A stretch of 64,000 nucleotides of DNA from an uncultured Rhizobiaceae bacterium (GCA_964383325.1 CAYLGY010000001.1:7230-71229); one strand, 5' to 3'. Numbered from the stretch's first letter, positions 27,729 through 37,345 are shown. Notes: a model not told the origin generated them from the sequence alone. A program made the numbers and translations.

Positions 27729-27756
27729 CTTGCAAAGCACTGGCAATGCCCTATAT
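27729..27756 (+). promoter_or_regulatory. Candidate sigma-70 promoter of cspA (CTTGCA-N16-CTATAT)
   Basis: Matches the alphaproteobacterial CTTGAC-N17-CTATAT consensus. It would give a 5' UTR of about 125 nt, typical of csp genes. Confidence 0.45.
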
Positions 27757-27888
27757 GTGGCTTATCGAGCTTGCTGATGAATTTTGTTTGCGCCCGAGCG
27801 CACCGACGATCTTTCTCTCAAATTCGAAGATTGAAGCTGCGGGCATGTTGCCTGCTGCTGACCCATGCCGATTTGAAAGGAGATCGCC

Positions 27889-28098
27889 ATGAATACTGGA
27901 ACTGTAAAATTCTTTAATGCAACCAAAGGTTACGGCTTTATCGAGCTTGGCAATGGCCAGCCGGATGTGTTCGTTCACATTTCTGCTGTCGAGCGGGCCG
28001 GAATGCGCAGCCTCGCCGAGGGCCAGAAATTGTCCTTCGACATTGTGAGGGATAACCGCAACGGCAAGAGCGCGGCCGAAAACCTGCAGGCCGCCTGA
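27889..28098 (+). CDS. cspA: Cold-shock protein (CspA family)
   Basis: 69 aa. [15 protein letters not shown] (RNP1) and DVFVHISAV (RNP2). AGGAGA RBS. Confidence 0.95.
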   Translation: MNTGTVKFFNATKGYGFIELGNGQPDVFVHISAVERAGMRSLAEGQKLSFDIVRDNRNGKSAAENLQAA

Positions 28099-28130
28099 GC
28101 GGCTTCGGGATCTCGATCCCGATCAAGATG

Positions 28131-28149
28131 AAGGGCGCAAGGCCCTTCA
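28131..28149 (+). terminator. GC-rich hairpin after cspA (weak or leaky terminator)
   Basis: GAAGGGC-gcaag-GCCCTTC, a 7-bp stem with no following T-run. Confidence 0.4.
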
Positions 28150-28320
28150 GGGTGCTTCAGGACCTTTGACCACGGATGTACTGGCATTGGTCCATTGAGG
28201 CACCTGAAGCATCGGAGCCACAGCCTGGCGCGCGAGGCTGACTCCGGTGCAGGAAATTTGCAACTGCCTGGAACTTGCTTCAGGCGATTCCCCCAAGGGC
28301 CGGTTCGTTCGGCCCTTTTT
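28150..28320 (+). ncRNA. Candidate structured RNA (long cspA 3' UTR or 3'-UTR-derived/independent sRNA)
   Basis: No credible ORF in this stretch. The 9-mer TGCTTCAGG occurs twice, with its exact complement between the two copies. The region ends in a canonical terminator at 28295-28320. The 5' end is undefined. Confidence 0.3.
28295..28320 (+). terminator. Rho-independent terminator
   Basis: AAGGGCCG-gttcgtt-CGGCCCTT followed by TTT; a T-run occurs only on the + strand. Confidence 0.7.
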
Positions 28321-28549
28321 GATTCGGGTCCGCGATCTTTCCACCCTGAAGTCATCTTGTTGAAATGAAATCGTTCGGACGCCGGGATTCTATGACCTGG
28401 CAAGTTGCGGACGGCCTTGCCGTATCGCGCTGCGGCGCATCCCTTGCTGCATCGAGCACTCCACGCCGAAAAGCTGCTTCCCTTTCAACAAGGCAGGCTC
28501 TCGAAGCCGAAAATCCCGACTTCGCTATCCTGTTTCGACAGCGCAACAA

Positions 28550-31282
28550 TCAGACCAGAGCACCATGGCAGTGTTTGAATTTCCGGCCGGAGCCGCAAGG
28601 ACAGGGTTCATTCCGGCCAACGCGGCCCCAGGTCGCAGGATCCTTTGGATCCCGCTGCTCCGGCGCCACGGTCCGAACGGGTCGGCTGGCAACCATTACT
28701 TCCTCGCCTTGCCCGCCAAAGGCATCCTCGCCCGTCGACGCGTCGAAATGATGCGCCTCGCCTTCCGGGACATCCGGCGGGGGAGCTTCTGCGGCTTCGC
28801 GTACAATCTCCACGCGCATGAGCTGCGACGTTACCACCTGGCGCAGATTCACCAGCATGGCCTGGAATAGCTCGAAAGCTTCGGACTTGTACTCGTTCAG
28901 CGGGTCGCGCTGCGCATAGCCACGGAATCCCACGACCGAGCGAAGATGATCCAGATTCACCAGATGCTCACGCCACAGAGCGTCGAGCGCCTGCAACATG
29001 ATGGACTTCTCGACATAGGCCATGACTTCCGGACCGAACCGCTCCGCACGTTCGGACATCGCCTTGTCGGCAGCTTCGGTGATGCGCGCGCGGATGTCCT
29101 CCTCGTCGATTCCCTCCTCGGCTGCCCATTCCTCGATCGGCAGATCGAGATTGAGCATCATGGCAACGCCCTGCGTCAGCCCCTCGACGTCCCACTGCTC
29201 CGCATAGGCGGTCTCGGGGATGTTCCGCGCCACCAGATCGGCGATCACATCGTGGCGCATCTCCTCGACCATCTCGGACAGATGGGTCCCTTCCATCAGC
29301 TCGATGCGCTGTTCGAAGATCACCTTGCGCTGATCGTTCATCACATCGTCGTACTTGAGCAAATTCTTGCGAATGTCGAAGTTGCGCGCTTCGACCTTTT
29401 TCTGCGCCTTCTCCAGCGCCTTGGTGATCCAGGGATGTACGATGGCCTCATCTTCCTTGAGGCCGAGCTTCTGCAACATGCCATCCATCCGGTCGGTGCC
29501 GAAGATGCGCATCAGGTCGTCTTCCAGCGACAGGTAGAATTTGGAGCGCCCCGGATCACCCTGACGGCCGGAGCGGCCGCGAAGCTGATTATCGATACGA
29601 CGGCTTTCATGCCGCTCGGTTGCAAGGACGAAGAGGCCGCCAGCGGCGATCGCCTCTTCCTTCAAACGCTGGACGTCCTCGCGGATGGCTTTCTCCCGCG
29701 CCTCCCGCTCCGGTCCCGCAGGCAAGTCACCCAATTCTGCGGCGATACGCATTTCGGCATTGCCGCCGAGCTGGATGTCGGTGCCGCGGCCCGCCATGTT
29801 GGTGGCGATGGTGATCGCGCCAGGCTTGCCGGCCTGCGCGACGATCTGCGCCTCGCGTTCATGGTGACGGGCATTGAGAACCTCGAAATTCTTGATGCCC
29901 TCCTTGCGGAGCCGCTCGGCAAGCATCTCGGATTTCTCGATCGAAGTCGTGCCGACGAGTACCGGTTGGCCCTTTGCATGCGCCGCCTTGATCTCCCGGA
30001 CAATGGCCCGGTACTTCTCCTCGGCGGTGCGGTAGACTTCGTCGTCCTCGTCGATCCGCTGGACAGGCAGGTTGGTGGGGACCTCGGTGACCTCTAGCCC
30101 GTAAATGTTGCCGAATTCCTCCGCTTCCGTGGCCGCCGTGCCCGTCATGCCCGCAAGCTTCTCGTACATACTGAAATAATTCTGGAAGGTGATCGAGGCG
30201 AGCGTCTGGTTCTCCGGCTGGATCGCCACATGCTCCTTGGCTTCCAGCGCCTGATGCAGGCCTTCCGAATAGCGGCGGCCGGGCATCATGCGGCCCGTGA
30301 ACTCGTCGATGATGACGATCTCGCCGTCGCGAACAATGTAGTCCTTGTCGCGCTGGAAAAGCCGGTGCGCCTTGAGTGCGTTGTTCACGTGATGAACGAT
30401 GGCGACATTCTCGATGTCGTAGAGCGTTTCGCCCTTCAGCAGGCCAGCTTCGCGCAGCAGGCCCTCGATCTTTTCCGTACCGACCTCGGTGAAGGTCGCC
30501 GTGCGCTGCTTCTCGTCCACTTCGTAGTCTTCCGGCGAGAGATGCGCCATGAACGTGTCGATCTGGTTGTACAGATCGGACTTGTCGTCCAGCGGGCCGG
30601 AAATGATCAGCGGCGTGCGCGCTTCGTCGATCAGGATGGAATCGACCTCGTCCACGATGGCGAAATGGTGGCCACGCTGGACCATTTGCGCGCGCTCATA
30701 TTTCATGTTGTCGCGGAGATAGTCGAAACCCAGCTCGTTATTGGTGGCATAGGTGACATCGCAGGCATAGGCTTCCCGCCTCTCCTCGTCGTTGAGGCCA
30801 TGACGGATCACCCCGACGGTAAGTCCCAGATAGCGATAGATCTGACCCATCCAGTCGGCATCGCGCTGCGCCAGGTAATCATTGACGGTGACGACATGGA
30901 CGCCCTTCCCGGACAGGGCATTGAGATAGACTGGCAGGGTCGCCACGAGCGTCTTGCCTTCACCGGTACGCATCTCGGCGATGCCGCCGCCGTTGAGCAC
31001 AATGCCGCCGATGAGCTGCACGTCGAACGGACGCATGCCGAGGACGCGCTTCGAAGCCTCGCGAACGACGGCAAAAGCAGGTACGAGCAGTTCCTCCAGA
31101 CTGGTCCCATCCGAAAGCTTCTGCCGGAACTCTCCGGTCCTTGCCCGCAGCGCCTCATCGGACAATGCGCTGATCTCCGGTTCCAGCGCATTGATCGCCT
31201 TGACAGTGGGAGCATATGACCGGATACGCCGGTCATTGGCCGAGCCGAATACCTTGCGTGCGAGGGCGCCTAAGCTGACCAT
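28550..31282 (-). CDS. secA: Preprotein translocase ATPase SecA
   Basis: ORF 28550-31378 trimmed to [21 protein letters not shown].... DEAD-motor motifs ([28 protein letters not shown]) and a C-terminal Zn finger [14 protein letters not shown]. Confidence 0.95.
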   Translation of the reverse strand: MVSLGALARKVFGSANDRRIRSYAPTVKAINALEPEISALSDEALRARTGEFRQKLSDGTSLEELLVPAFAVVREASKRVLGMRPFDVQLIGGIVLNGGGIAEMRTGEGKTLVATLPVYLNALSGKGVHVVTVNDYLAQRDADWMGQIYRYLGLTVGVIRHGLNDEERREAYACDVTYATNNELGFDYLRDNMKYERAQMVQRGHHFAIVDEVDSILIDEARTPLIISGPLDDKSDLYNQIDTFMAHLSPEDYEVDEKQRTATFTEVGTEKIEGLLREAGLLKGETLYDIENVAIVHHVNNALKAHRLFQRDKDYIVRDGEIVIIDEFTGRMMPGRRYSEGLHQALEAKEHVAIQPENQTLASITFQNYFSMYEKLAGMTGTAATEAEEFGNIYGLEVTEVPTNLPVQRIDEDDEVYRTAEEKYRAIVREIKAAHAKGQPVLVGTTSIEKSEMLAERLRKEGIKNFEVLNARHHEREAQIVAQAGKPGAITIATNMAGRGTDIQLGGNAEMRIAAELGDLPAGPEREAREKAIREDVQRLKEEAIAAGGLFVLATERHESRRIDNQLRGRSGRQGDPGRSKFYLSLEDDLMRIFGTDRMDGMLQKLGLKEDEAIVHPWITKALEKAQKKVEARNFDIRKNLLKYDDVMNDQRKVIFEQRIELMEGTHLSEMVEEMRHDVIADLVARNIPETAYAEQWDVEGLTQGVAMMLNLDLPIEEWAAEEGIDEEDIRARITEAADKAMSERAERFGPEVMAYVEKSIMLQALDALWREHLVNLDHLRSVVGFRGYAQRDPLNEYKSEAFELFQAMLVNLRQVVTSQLMRVEIVREAAEAPPPDVPEGEAHHFDASTGEDAFGGQGEEVMVASRPVRTVAPEQRDPKDPATWGRVGRNEPCPCGSGRKFKHCHGALV

Positions 31283-31541
31283 GAAAAGGCCTTTCCGATC
31301 TTGTTTACCCGCAATTCTCCACGATCTGCCGTAGGACCGGCAGCCGGTCGGGTCTGAAACTGGTCGGCCGCGCGCCAATTGGGTTCTGGACGCATGCCTG
31401 GAGGACAGATAAGAGGGGGTCTGTTTGATGTCAACTTTGCGCGGCTCTGCAGCGAAGTCATATTTGCAGCCGATTTTTGAGTTGAGGATGCGGCGATGCG
31501 GGTCATGACCCGCATTTTACAAATGGAATCGGAGAATCAAG

Positions 31542-32396
31542 ATGTATCCAGTACCCGTCCGCCGTCTCGCGGGCCCTCTTCTCGGCATAATGCTTCTTGC
31601 CTTGCCCGGCATGGTTCCGGCCCAGGCTGCGGATGAGGATATTCTGGCCAATGTCAACGGAACCGCGATCACGGCGGGCGATCTGGACCTCATGCTGGAT
31701 GACCTTGCCGGCCAGCTCAACGGCCTGACGGAGACGCAGCAGCGGGCCGCTGCCCTGTCCTTTCTGATCGAGGTCCGCCTGCTGGCCGAGGCCGCGGCGG
31801 AGGCCGGCCTGGACGAAACGCCGGAGTTTCAACGCCGCATGGAATTGCTGCGCCAGCGCACCCTGCATTCGAGCTTTGTCGAAGCGGAGGTCGCGGCGGC
31901 CTTGACGGATGAGAAGCTCCGCGAGCGCTATGACCGCGAGCTTGCCGGCGCAACGCCGGTAAATGAAGTGCGGGCCCGCCACATTCTCCTGCCGACGCAG
32001 GAAGAGGCCGAAGCTGTCATCGCCGAACTGGATCAGGGCGGAGATTTCGCCGCTCTGGCGATCGAGAAATCGACCGATCCGGGCAGGTCAGATGGCGGCG
32101 ATCTCGGCTTTTTCGGGCCCGGACAGATGGTGAAGCCCTTCGAGGAGGCAGCCTTCGCGCTGGAGGTCGGCAGCTATACGCGCGAGCCGGTGCAGACGCA
32201 GTTCGGCTGGCATGTCATCAAGGTCGAGGACCGTCGCGCCCAGCAGCCGCCGGCATTCGAGGAAGTGAAGGAACAGATCCGTTCCGTCCTGTTCCGCGAT
32301 GCCTATGGGGCCGTAGTCGAGAAGGCGCGCGCCGCCGCGCAAATCGAGGTCATGGACGAGAAGCTTCAGCAGGGGTTGGAAGAGATCGGCCGCTGA
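31542..32396 (+). CDS. Periplasmic parvulin-type peptidyl-prolyl isomerase (SurA/PrsA-like)
   Basis: Signal peptide followed by a PpiC domain (RARHILL...GGDLGFFGPGQMVKPFEEAAF...FGWHVIKVEDRR). Confidence 0.8.
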   Translation: MYPVPVRRLAGPLLGIMLLALPGMVPAQAADEDILANVNGTAITAGDLDLMLDDLAGQLNGLTETQQRAAALSFLIEVRLLAEAAAEAGLDETPEFQRRMELLRQRTLHSSFVEAEVAAALTDEKLRERYDRELAGATPVNEVRARHILLPTQEEAEAVIAELDQGGDFAALAIEKSTDPGRSDGGDLGFFGPGQMVKPFEEAAFALEVGSYTREPVQTQFGWHVIKVEDRRAQQPPAFEEVKEQIRSVLFRDAYGAVVEKARAAAQIEVMDEKLQQGLEEIGR

Positions 32397-32450
32397 GCTC
32401 CTCGCAATCCCGAAACGAAACCAGCGCAGTCACATCGCCCGGAGTGTGCC

Positions 32451-33686
32451 ATGTCCACAAAGCGATCCCCGTTCGCACCGGATCACCCACCTGAACTGCC
32501 CGCGATCGAGGGCGTGCGAATCGCTTCCGCGCAGGCGGGGATCAAGTATGCGGGCCGTGAAGATGTCATGATCATGCTGTTCGAGCCTGGTACCGCCGTG
32601 GCGGGAGTATTCACCCGCTCGAAATGTCCTTCGGCGGCGGTCGATTACTCCCGGGCCAGCCTGCGAAGCGGCAAGGCGCGGATGCTGGTCGTGAATTCCG
32701 GCAATGCAAATGCCTTTACGGGCGCAAAGGGGATTGCCGCGGTCAATGAGACGGCAAGGGCGGCGGCGGAAATGGTCGGATGTTCGCCGGACGAAATCTT
32801 CATTGCTTCCACCGGCGTCATTGGCGAGCCGCTGGACGCAACCCGGATCACCGCCGTTCTGGACGGTTGCGTCGCGGATGCGCAGCCGGACCGCTGGTCC
32901 GACGCCGCCCGCGCAATCATGACGACGGACACCTTCCCGAAGCTCGCCACGGCAGGCTGCGAGCTGGATGGAGTCCAATGCCGCATCTCGGGGATTGCGA
33001 AGGGCGCGGGCATGATCGCGCCGGACATGGCAACCATGCTCGCCTTTGTCGTGACGGATGCTCCCATTGCGGCAAACGTTCTGCAGGATGCGCTGGCCCG
33101 AGCCGTCGGTCCCAGTTTCAATTCGATCACGGTCGACAGCGATACGTCGACCAGTGATACCCTCCTGCTTTTTGCGACGGGAAAGGTGCCGGGCGTGAAG
33201 CCGGTGACAGATGCGCAGGATGGTCGTCTCCATGGCTGGCGCGAGGCGCTCGCGCGGGTACTGGAAGATCTTGCCCGGCAGGTGGTCCGTGACGGCGAGG
33301 GCGCGACCAAGGAAATCGAGATCACGGTCAACGGTGCCGTCAGCCCGGATTCAGCCCGCCGGATCGCCTTCTCCATTGCCAATTCACCGCTAGTCAAGAC
33401 GGCCATAGCCGGGGAAGATGCCAATTGGGGCCGCATCGTCATGGCGGTTGGCAAGGCGGGTGAGCCGGCGGATCGCGACCGGCTGTCGATCTGGTTCGGC
33501 GACATTCGTGTCGCAAATCAGGGCGAGCGCGATCCGGAGTATTCCGAGACCGCGACTTCCGAGTACATGCGCAACCGCAACATCGTGATTCGCGTCGAGC
33601 TGGGACTGGGCGAGGGAAGCGCGACCGTCTGGACCTGCGACCTCACCAAGGAATATGTGGCGATCAATGGCGACTACCGGAGCTGA
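32451..33686 (+). CDS. argJ: Bifunctional glutamate N-acetyltransferase / amino-acid acetyltransferase ArgJ
   Basis: 411 aa. [10 protein letters not shown], the autoproteolysis site region [11 protein letters not shown], and C-terminal [10 protein letters not shown]. Confidence 0.95.
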   Translation: MSTKRSPFAPDHPPELPAIEGVRIASAQAGIKYAGREDVMIMLFEPGTAVAGVFTRSKCPSAAVDYSRASLRSGKARMLVVNSGNANAFTGAKGIAAVNETARAAAEMVGCSPDEIFIASTGVIGEPLDATRITAVLDGCVADAQPDRWSDAARAIMTTDTFPKLATAGCELDGVQCRISGIAKGAGMIAPDMATMLAFVVTDAPIAANVLQDALARAVGPSFNSITVDSDTSTSDTLLLFATGKVPGVKPVTDAQDGRLHGWREALARVLEDLARQVVRDGEGATKEIEITVNGAVSPDSARRIAFSIANSPLVKTAIAGEDANWGRIVMAVGKAGEPADRDRLSIWFGDIRVANQGERDPEYSETATSEYMRNRNIVIRVELGLGEGSATVWTCDLTKEYVAINGDYRS

Positions 33687-33690
33687 TCGG

Positions 33691-34479
33691 ATGCGTCCGG
33701 ACCGAGAGACCGCGCTCCGGCTTTCGCGGGTTCGCCGATTCGAGGCCGCCGCGTTCCGCGCATGGCCTGCCGGTTCGGTACGCTATGACGGTACCTGGGT
33801 CATTCGCCTGACAGCAGGGCATACGGCAAAGCGTCTCAATTCAGTCAGCATTCTCGATCCAGGTGACCTCTGCCGACTGGACGAGCGTATCGAGGCCGCC
33901 GGCCGACGCTTCGATGCCTACGGACGGCCCTTGACCTTCCGGATTTCGCCGTTGGCGGGAGCCGCCCTTTCCAGCCATTTCGATACGCATGGCTGGTCGC
34001 ATTTCGGCGAAACGCTGGTCATGTCGCTCGATCTGGACCGCGTGGACTTCGCCAACGTGATGGACCAGATCCCGATGAAGGATCTCAGCCGGTTCATATC
34101 TGCCATGATGCGCGTGCAGGAGGATACCGGCCTGGTCCGACCGGGGCTGTCGGAAGTAATCACTTCCATTGAGGCCGAGCCTGGCCTCTTTGTCCATGAA
34201 ACGGCGGGAGACCCGGTTGCAACCGCCATTTGCGTGCATGATGGCGAGCTCGCCGGCTTGTTCGAACTCGGCACGCAGGCGGCGGAGCGCGGCAAGGGGT
34301 ATGGCAGCGCAATCGTGCTGTCAGCGATCAAATGGGCCCGGATGCGCGGCGCGCGCATCGCCTGGATTCAGGTCGAAGCTGACAATGCAGCTGCGCTGGG
34401 GCTGTATCGGCGGATCGGTTTCGACGAAGTGTATCGCTATCACTATCGCCGCCCGCCAGCGGGAATCTGCAAGGCATGA
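33691..34479 (+). CDS. GNAT-family N-acetyltransferase
   Basis: ORF trimmed to MRPDRETA.... The C-terminal segment ...RGKGYGSAIVLSAIKWARMRGARIAWIQVEADNAAALGLYRRIGF is an acetyl-CoA-binding fold motif. Confidence 0.7.
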   Translation: MRPDRETALRLSRVRRFEAAAFRAWPAGSVRYDGTWVIRLTAGHTAKRLNSVSILDPGDLCRLDERIEAAGRRFDAYGRPLTFRISPLAGAALSSHFDTHGWSHFGETLVMSLDLDRVDFANVMDQIPMKDLSRFISAMMRVQEDTGLVRPGLSEVITSIEAEPGLFVHETAGDPVATAICVHDGELAGLFELGTQAAERGKGYGSAIVLSAIKWARMRGARIAWIQVEADNAAALGLYRRIGFDEVYRYHYRRPPAGICKA

Positions 34480-34877
34480 CAAGTCTCGTTCTCGTGGCTG
34501 CATGCGCCCTCGTCGACAGCGACCGCCGCGTCTTGCTGGCTCAGCGGCCGGCGGGAAAGCCAATGGCCGGCCTTTGGGAATTCCCGGGCGGCAAGGTGGA
34601 GGCAGGCGAGACGCCGGAGACCTGCCTTATCCGCGAATTGTCGGAAGAACTTGGCGTGCGCACACGAGCGGACTGTCTCGCGCCGCTGACTTTCGCCAGC
34701 CATGCCTATCCGGAGTTCCACCTGTTGATGCCGCTCTACATCTGCCGGCGGTATGAGGGCACGCCCACAGGGACCGAGGGCCAGACCCTGAAGTGGGTCC
34801 GGCCGGGAGAGATGCGCAAATTGCCGATGCCGCCCGCCGATGTTCCACTCATCTCCATGCTGATGGATCTGATCTAG
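34476..34877 (+). CDS. mutT: 8-oxo-dGTP diphosphatase MutT (NUDIX)
   Basis: Nudix box GLWEFPGGKVEAGETPETCLIRELSEELGV. 133 aa. Confidence 0.85.
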   Translation: MTSLVLVAACALVDSDRRVLLAQRPAGKPMAGLWEFPGGKVEAGETPETCLIRELSEELGVRTRADCLAPLTFASHAYPEFHLLMPLYICRRYEGTPTGTEGQTLKWVRPGEMRKLPMPPADVPLISMLMDLI

Positions 34878-35325
34878 GGTCCCTTTGATTCGGCACGGCA
34901 GGCGACCGATTTTCGTCCGCGATCTTCATCGCGACCAATCCGAGCGCGGGCAGGGCAACCACAGGCAGCAACGCCTTGGGATGACGCAACAGGGTCGGCA
35001 AGGCGGCAAGGGCTCCGGCAATGGCAAGCCCGCGCAATTCCGGGCCGCGCTCCAGCTTGCGCTTTTGCCTCGCATGACGTGCTGCAAGCCGGTTGGCAAG
35101 CAGGCACAAGAGGCCGATGACGATGAATGCTACCCCGAAGCCGATGCTGGCCTCGAGATTGCCAAATTGCCGCGCTGCCAGCAAATAGCAGGCTCCGATC
35201 AGGAACCCGACGCCGACGGCAATTGCCACCGCCGCGATGGACAGGAGCAGCGCCGCGCGTCGCGCCCTGTCGGTCACCTGCTGGAATTCGCCGGCAAGCG
35301 CGGCGCCGAGCAAACCTCTGAACAT
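34849..35325 (-). CDS. YqjE-like / 'holin-X' family small membrane protein
   Basis: 158 aa with 2-3 TM segments, immediately downstream of a DUF883 gene (the same pairing as E. coli yqjD-yqjE). The 3' end overlaps mutT by 29 nt. Confidence 0.55.
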   Translation of the reverse strand: MFRGLLGAALAGEFQQVTDRARRAALLLSIAAVAIAVGVGFLIGACYLLAARQFGNLEASIGFGVAFIVIGLLCLLANRLAARHARQKRKLERGPELRGLAIAGALAALPTLLRHPKALLPVVALPALGLVAMKIADENRSPAVPNQRDPRSDPSAWR

Positions 35326-35329
35326 CGCG

Positions 35330-35674
35330 TCAGCGCCGGAGAATCTGAGCCAGCAGGAAGCCGATTCCCGCGGCGATCGCCAGAGACGTCATCGGCTTCT
35401 GCCGGATATGGCGGACGACTTCCGCCTCAAGATCGCTTGCGCCATGCTTCAGCTTCTCATAGGCCTCCTCGCTTTGGGCCTTCAGGGCCTCGATGCCTTC
35501 GGAGGCAACATTGCGCGCCGCACTCGCCGACCGGCGTGCGGAAGTTTCCAGCTCCTCGCGCAGCCGCGCCAACTCGTCCTTCAGGACCTGAACCTGCCTG
35601 TTAAGGTCCTTGCTGGACGACTCGTTGAAGTTTTCCTTGGGCGTGACCAGATTGTCTCTCGGCGTAGCGACCAT
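35330..35674 (-). CDS. DUF883 (ElaB/YqjD/YgaM) stress-associated membrane-anchored protein
   Basis: 114 aa. Coiled-coil N-terminus and a C-terminal anchor ...IRQKPMTSLAIAAGIGFLLAQILRR typical of DUF883. Confidence 0.8.
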   Translation of the reverse strand: MVATPRDNLVTPKENFNESSSKDLNRQVQVLKDELARLREELETSARRSASAARNVASEGIEALKAQSEEAYEKLKHGASDLEAEVVRHIRQKPMTSLAIAAGIGFLLAQILRR

Positions 35675-35711
35675 GATGCACTCTCCTGTTTGTTCGAAAG
35701 GGTGCCGCTAC

Positions 35712-35736
35712 AACGCAGCCGGGCAAGCATGGTTCC
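35712..35736 (-). promoter_or_regulatory. Sigma-EcfG (general stress response) type promoter GGAAC-N16-CGTT
   Basis: The minus strand reads GGAACcatgcttgcccggctgCGTT. The -10 element ends about 37 nt upstream of the DUF883 ATG. Confidence 0.6.
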
Positions 35737-35906
35737 GGATGCCTCAGTTTTCCGCCAATCCCTGATCGGGGAGGCTGCAGGTACTTGCGCCGTGCCCTGC
35801 AACCGTTCAGAACTTGAACAGTACAACAAGCGGGCCGCTGGATGGAGATTGTCTGCATGCGCGAGGAATTGCCGGCACGTCGCCGAGCCGCGACGGTCAA
35901 GCGCCG

Positions 35907-36866
35907 ATGAGCGGCCTGCTTGCCCTGCTGGACGATGTGGCGGCCATCGCCAAGGTGGCGGCAGCTTCCGTCGACGATGTGGTCGGGCAAGCTGCCAAGG
36001 CGGGCGCCAAGGCAGCCGGCGCCGTGATTGACGATGCCGCGGTGACGCCGCGCTATGTGCACGGCTTCGACGCCTCGCGTGAATTGCCGATCATCTGGCG
36101 GATTGCGAAAGGTTCGCTCAAGAACAAGCTCGTCTATCTCTTGCCCGCGGCCATGCTGCTCAGCCTGTTCGCTCCCTGGGCGATCTATCCCCTGCTCATG
36201 CTTGGCGGCGCCTATCTCTGCTTCGAGGGGGCCGAAAAGGTGTTGCATGCCGTGGTTCCGGGTGATCTGCACGCGGCGGGCAATGCTCCCGCGAGGGACG
36301 ATCCGGCGCATCTGGAGGAGGAAAAGGCGGCTGGCGCCATCAAGACCGACTTCATCCTGTCGGCGGAGATCATGACCATCGCGCTGGCCGCCATTCCGCC
36401 GGGCAGCTTCTGGATGCAGGCTGCAACGCTGGCCCTCGTCGGCATCGGCATCACGGCGATCGTGTATGGAGGTGTCGCGCTGATCGTCAAGGCCGACGAT
36501 TTTGGCCTGCATATGGCGCAGAACGGTTGGCTCCCGGCCACGCGCCGCGCCGGCTACGGGCTCGTCAAGGCCATGCCGGGCGTTCTGAGCCTCCTGTCAA
36601 CCGTGGGGACGGCAGCCATGCTCTGGGTTGGCGGCGCCATCATCATACACGGGCTGGAACGGCTGGGTTTCACCTGGCCCGCCCGGTTCCTGCATGATTT
36701 GTCTCTGTCCGCAGGGGAAATGCTGCCCGAGGTCGGGGGCTTGATCGCGTGGCTCGTTTCCGCAGCCCTCGGTGGAATTTTCGGCCTGTTGCTGGGGCTG
36801 GTCCTGCTGCCGGTGGGCCAGCATGTCATCTCGCCAATCTGGACGCGCCTCACGCGAGGAAAATAG
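35907..36866 (+). CDS. DUF808 (YedI-like) inner-membrane protein
   Basis: ORF 35814-36866 trimmed to MSGLLALLDDVAAIAKVAAASVDDV..., the characteristic DUF808 N-terminus. Confidence 0.8.
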   Translation: MSGLLALLDDVAAIAKVAAASVDDVVGQAAKAGAKAAGAVIDDAAVTPRYVHGFDASRELPIIWRIAKGSLKNKLVYLLPAAMLLSLFAPWAIYPLLMLGGAYLCFEGAEKVLHAVVPGDLHAAGNAPARDDPAHLEEEKAAGAIKTDFILSAEIMTIALAAIPPGSFWMQAATLALVGIGITAIVYGGVALIVKADDFGLHMAQNGWLPATRRAGYGLVKAMPGVLSLLSTVGTAAMLWVGGAIIIHGLERLGFTWPARFLHDLSLSAGEMLPEVGGLIAWLVSAALGGIFGLLLGLVLLPVGQHVISPIWTRLTRGK

Positions 36867-36904
36867 GTTCCGGACGTTAACTCTTCATTTGTCTTGTTTC
36901 TGCA

Positions 36905-37192
36905 ATGCTGAACCCAGCAAGGTTGCAGTGCTTGGCAAGGGATGGGTTGGGTATGCATGTGGCAGCATTTCCATTGTATCGGCGGCGGTATCTGGTCGAG
37001 GAAGTAAGTCGCGGTCTGGCTCACTATCAAAGGGACGAGGCAACTTCCTATTGGCGCTGCAAGGCAAAGGAATTGCTGCGCCAGCTCATGGCAGCAGGAA
37101 TTTCCCTCGAATCCGCCCAGCAGGAGGTCCGGCAACTTCTTTATGTAGCGCTGGAAGAGATGCATCGCCACGACACCCACGCCCGTGCCTGA
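36905..37192 (+). CDS. Small hypothetical protein (FPL-x-RR type, possibly DUF6074-like)
   Basis: 95-aa ORF (or 79 aa from Met-17, MHVAAFPLYRRRYLV...). GC3 is lower than in neighbouring genes. The family assignment is from memory only. Confidence 0.4.
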   Translation: MLNPARLQCLARDGLGMHVAAFPLYRRRYLVEEVSRGLAHYQRDEATSYWRCKAKELLRQLMAAGISLESAQQEVRQLLYVALEEMHRHDTHARA

Positions 37193-37300
37193 AGGCAGGA
37201 TGCGTCCGGCAGGTCCGGCTGCATTGACGGACCCGAGCGTTACCGCTGCGTGACCGGACACGCAATTTGCGGGTTTCGCCAGCTCCGGACTTGCCCTACA

Positions 37301-37338
37301 GCTCTTCATGCGGGAATCATCCCGTCAACATGAAGAGC
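37301..37338 (+). promoter_or_regulatory. Perfect 10-bp-stem nested hairpin abutting the mccB RBS
   Basis: GCTCTTCATG-CGGGAatcaTCCCGtcaa-CATGAAGAGC, 2 nt upstream of GGAG and 8 nt upstream of ATG 37346. Confidence 0.4.
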
Positions 37339-37345
37339 CCGGAGC

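Noticed and set aside
27509-27892. ORFs of 60-130 aa across REP-containing spacers (27509-27892, 27565-27777, 27507-27746, 41569-41754, 41614-42063, 17296-17541)
   Set aside because: They are read-through of the palindromic repeats (recurrent HDPGKW-like peptides in different frames and strands). They lack RBSs and coding bias.
28166-28200. Independent promoter for the post-cspA RNA (TTGACC-N17-GGTCCA)
   Set aside because: The -10 match is poor, so I cannot distinguish an independent sRNA from a long cspA 3' UTR using sequence alone.
34849-35674. Possible phage lysis cassette, because the 158-aa membrane protein resembles a 'holin' family
   Set aside because: It is paired with a DUF883 gene in the yqjD-yqjE arrangement under a general-stress promoter. 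No endolysin, spanin or other phage genes are nearby.
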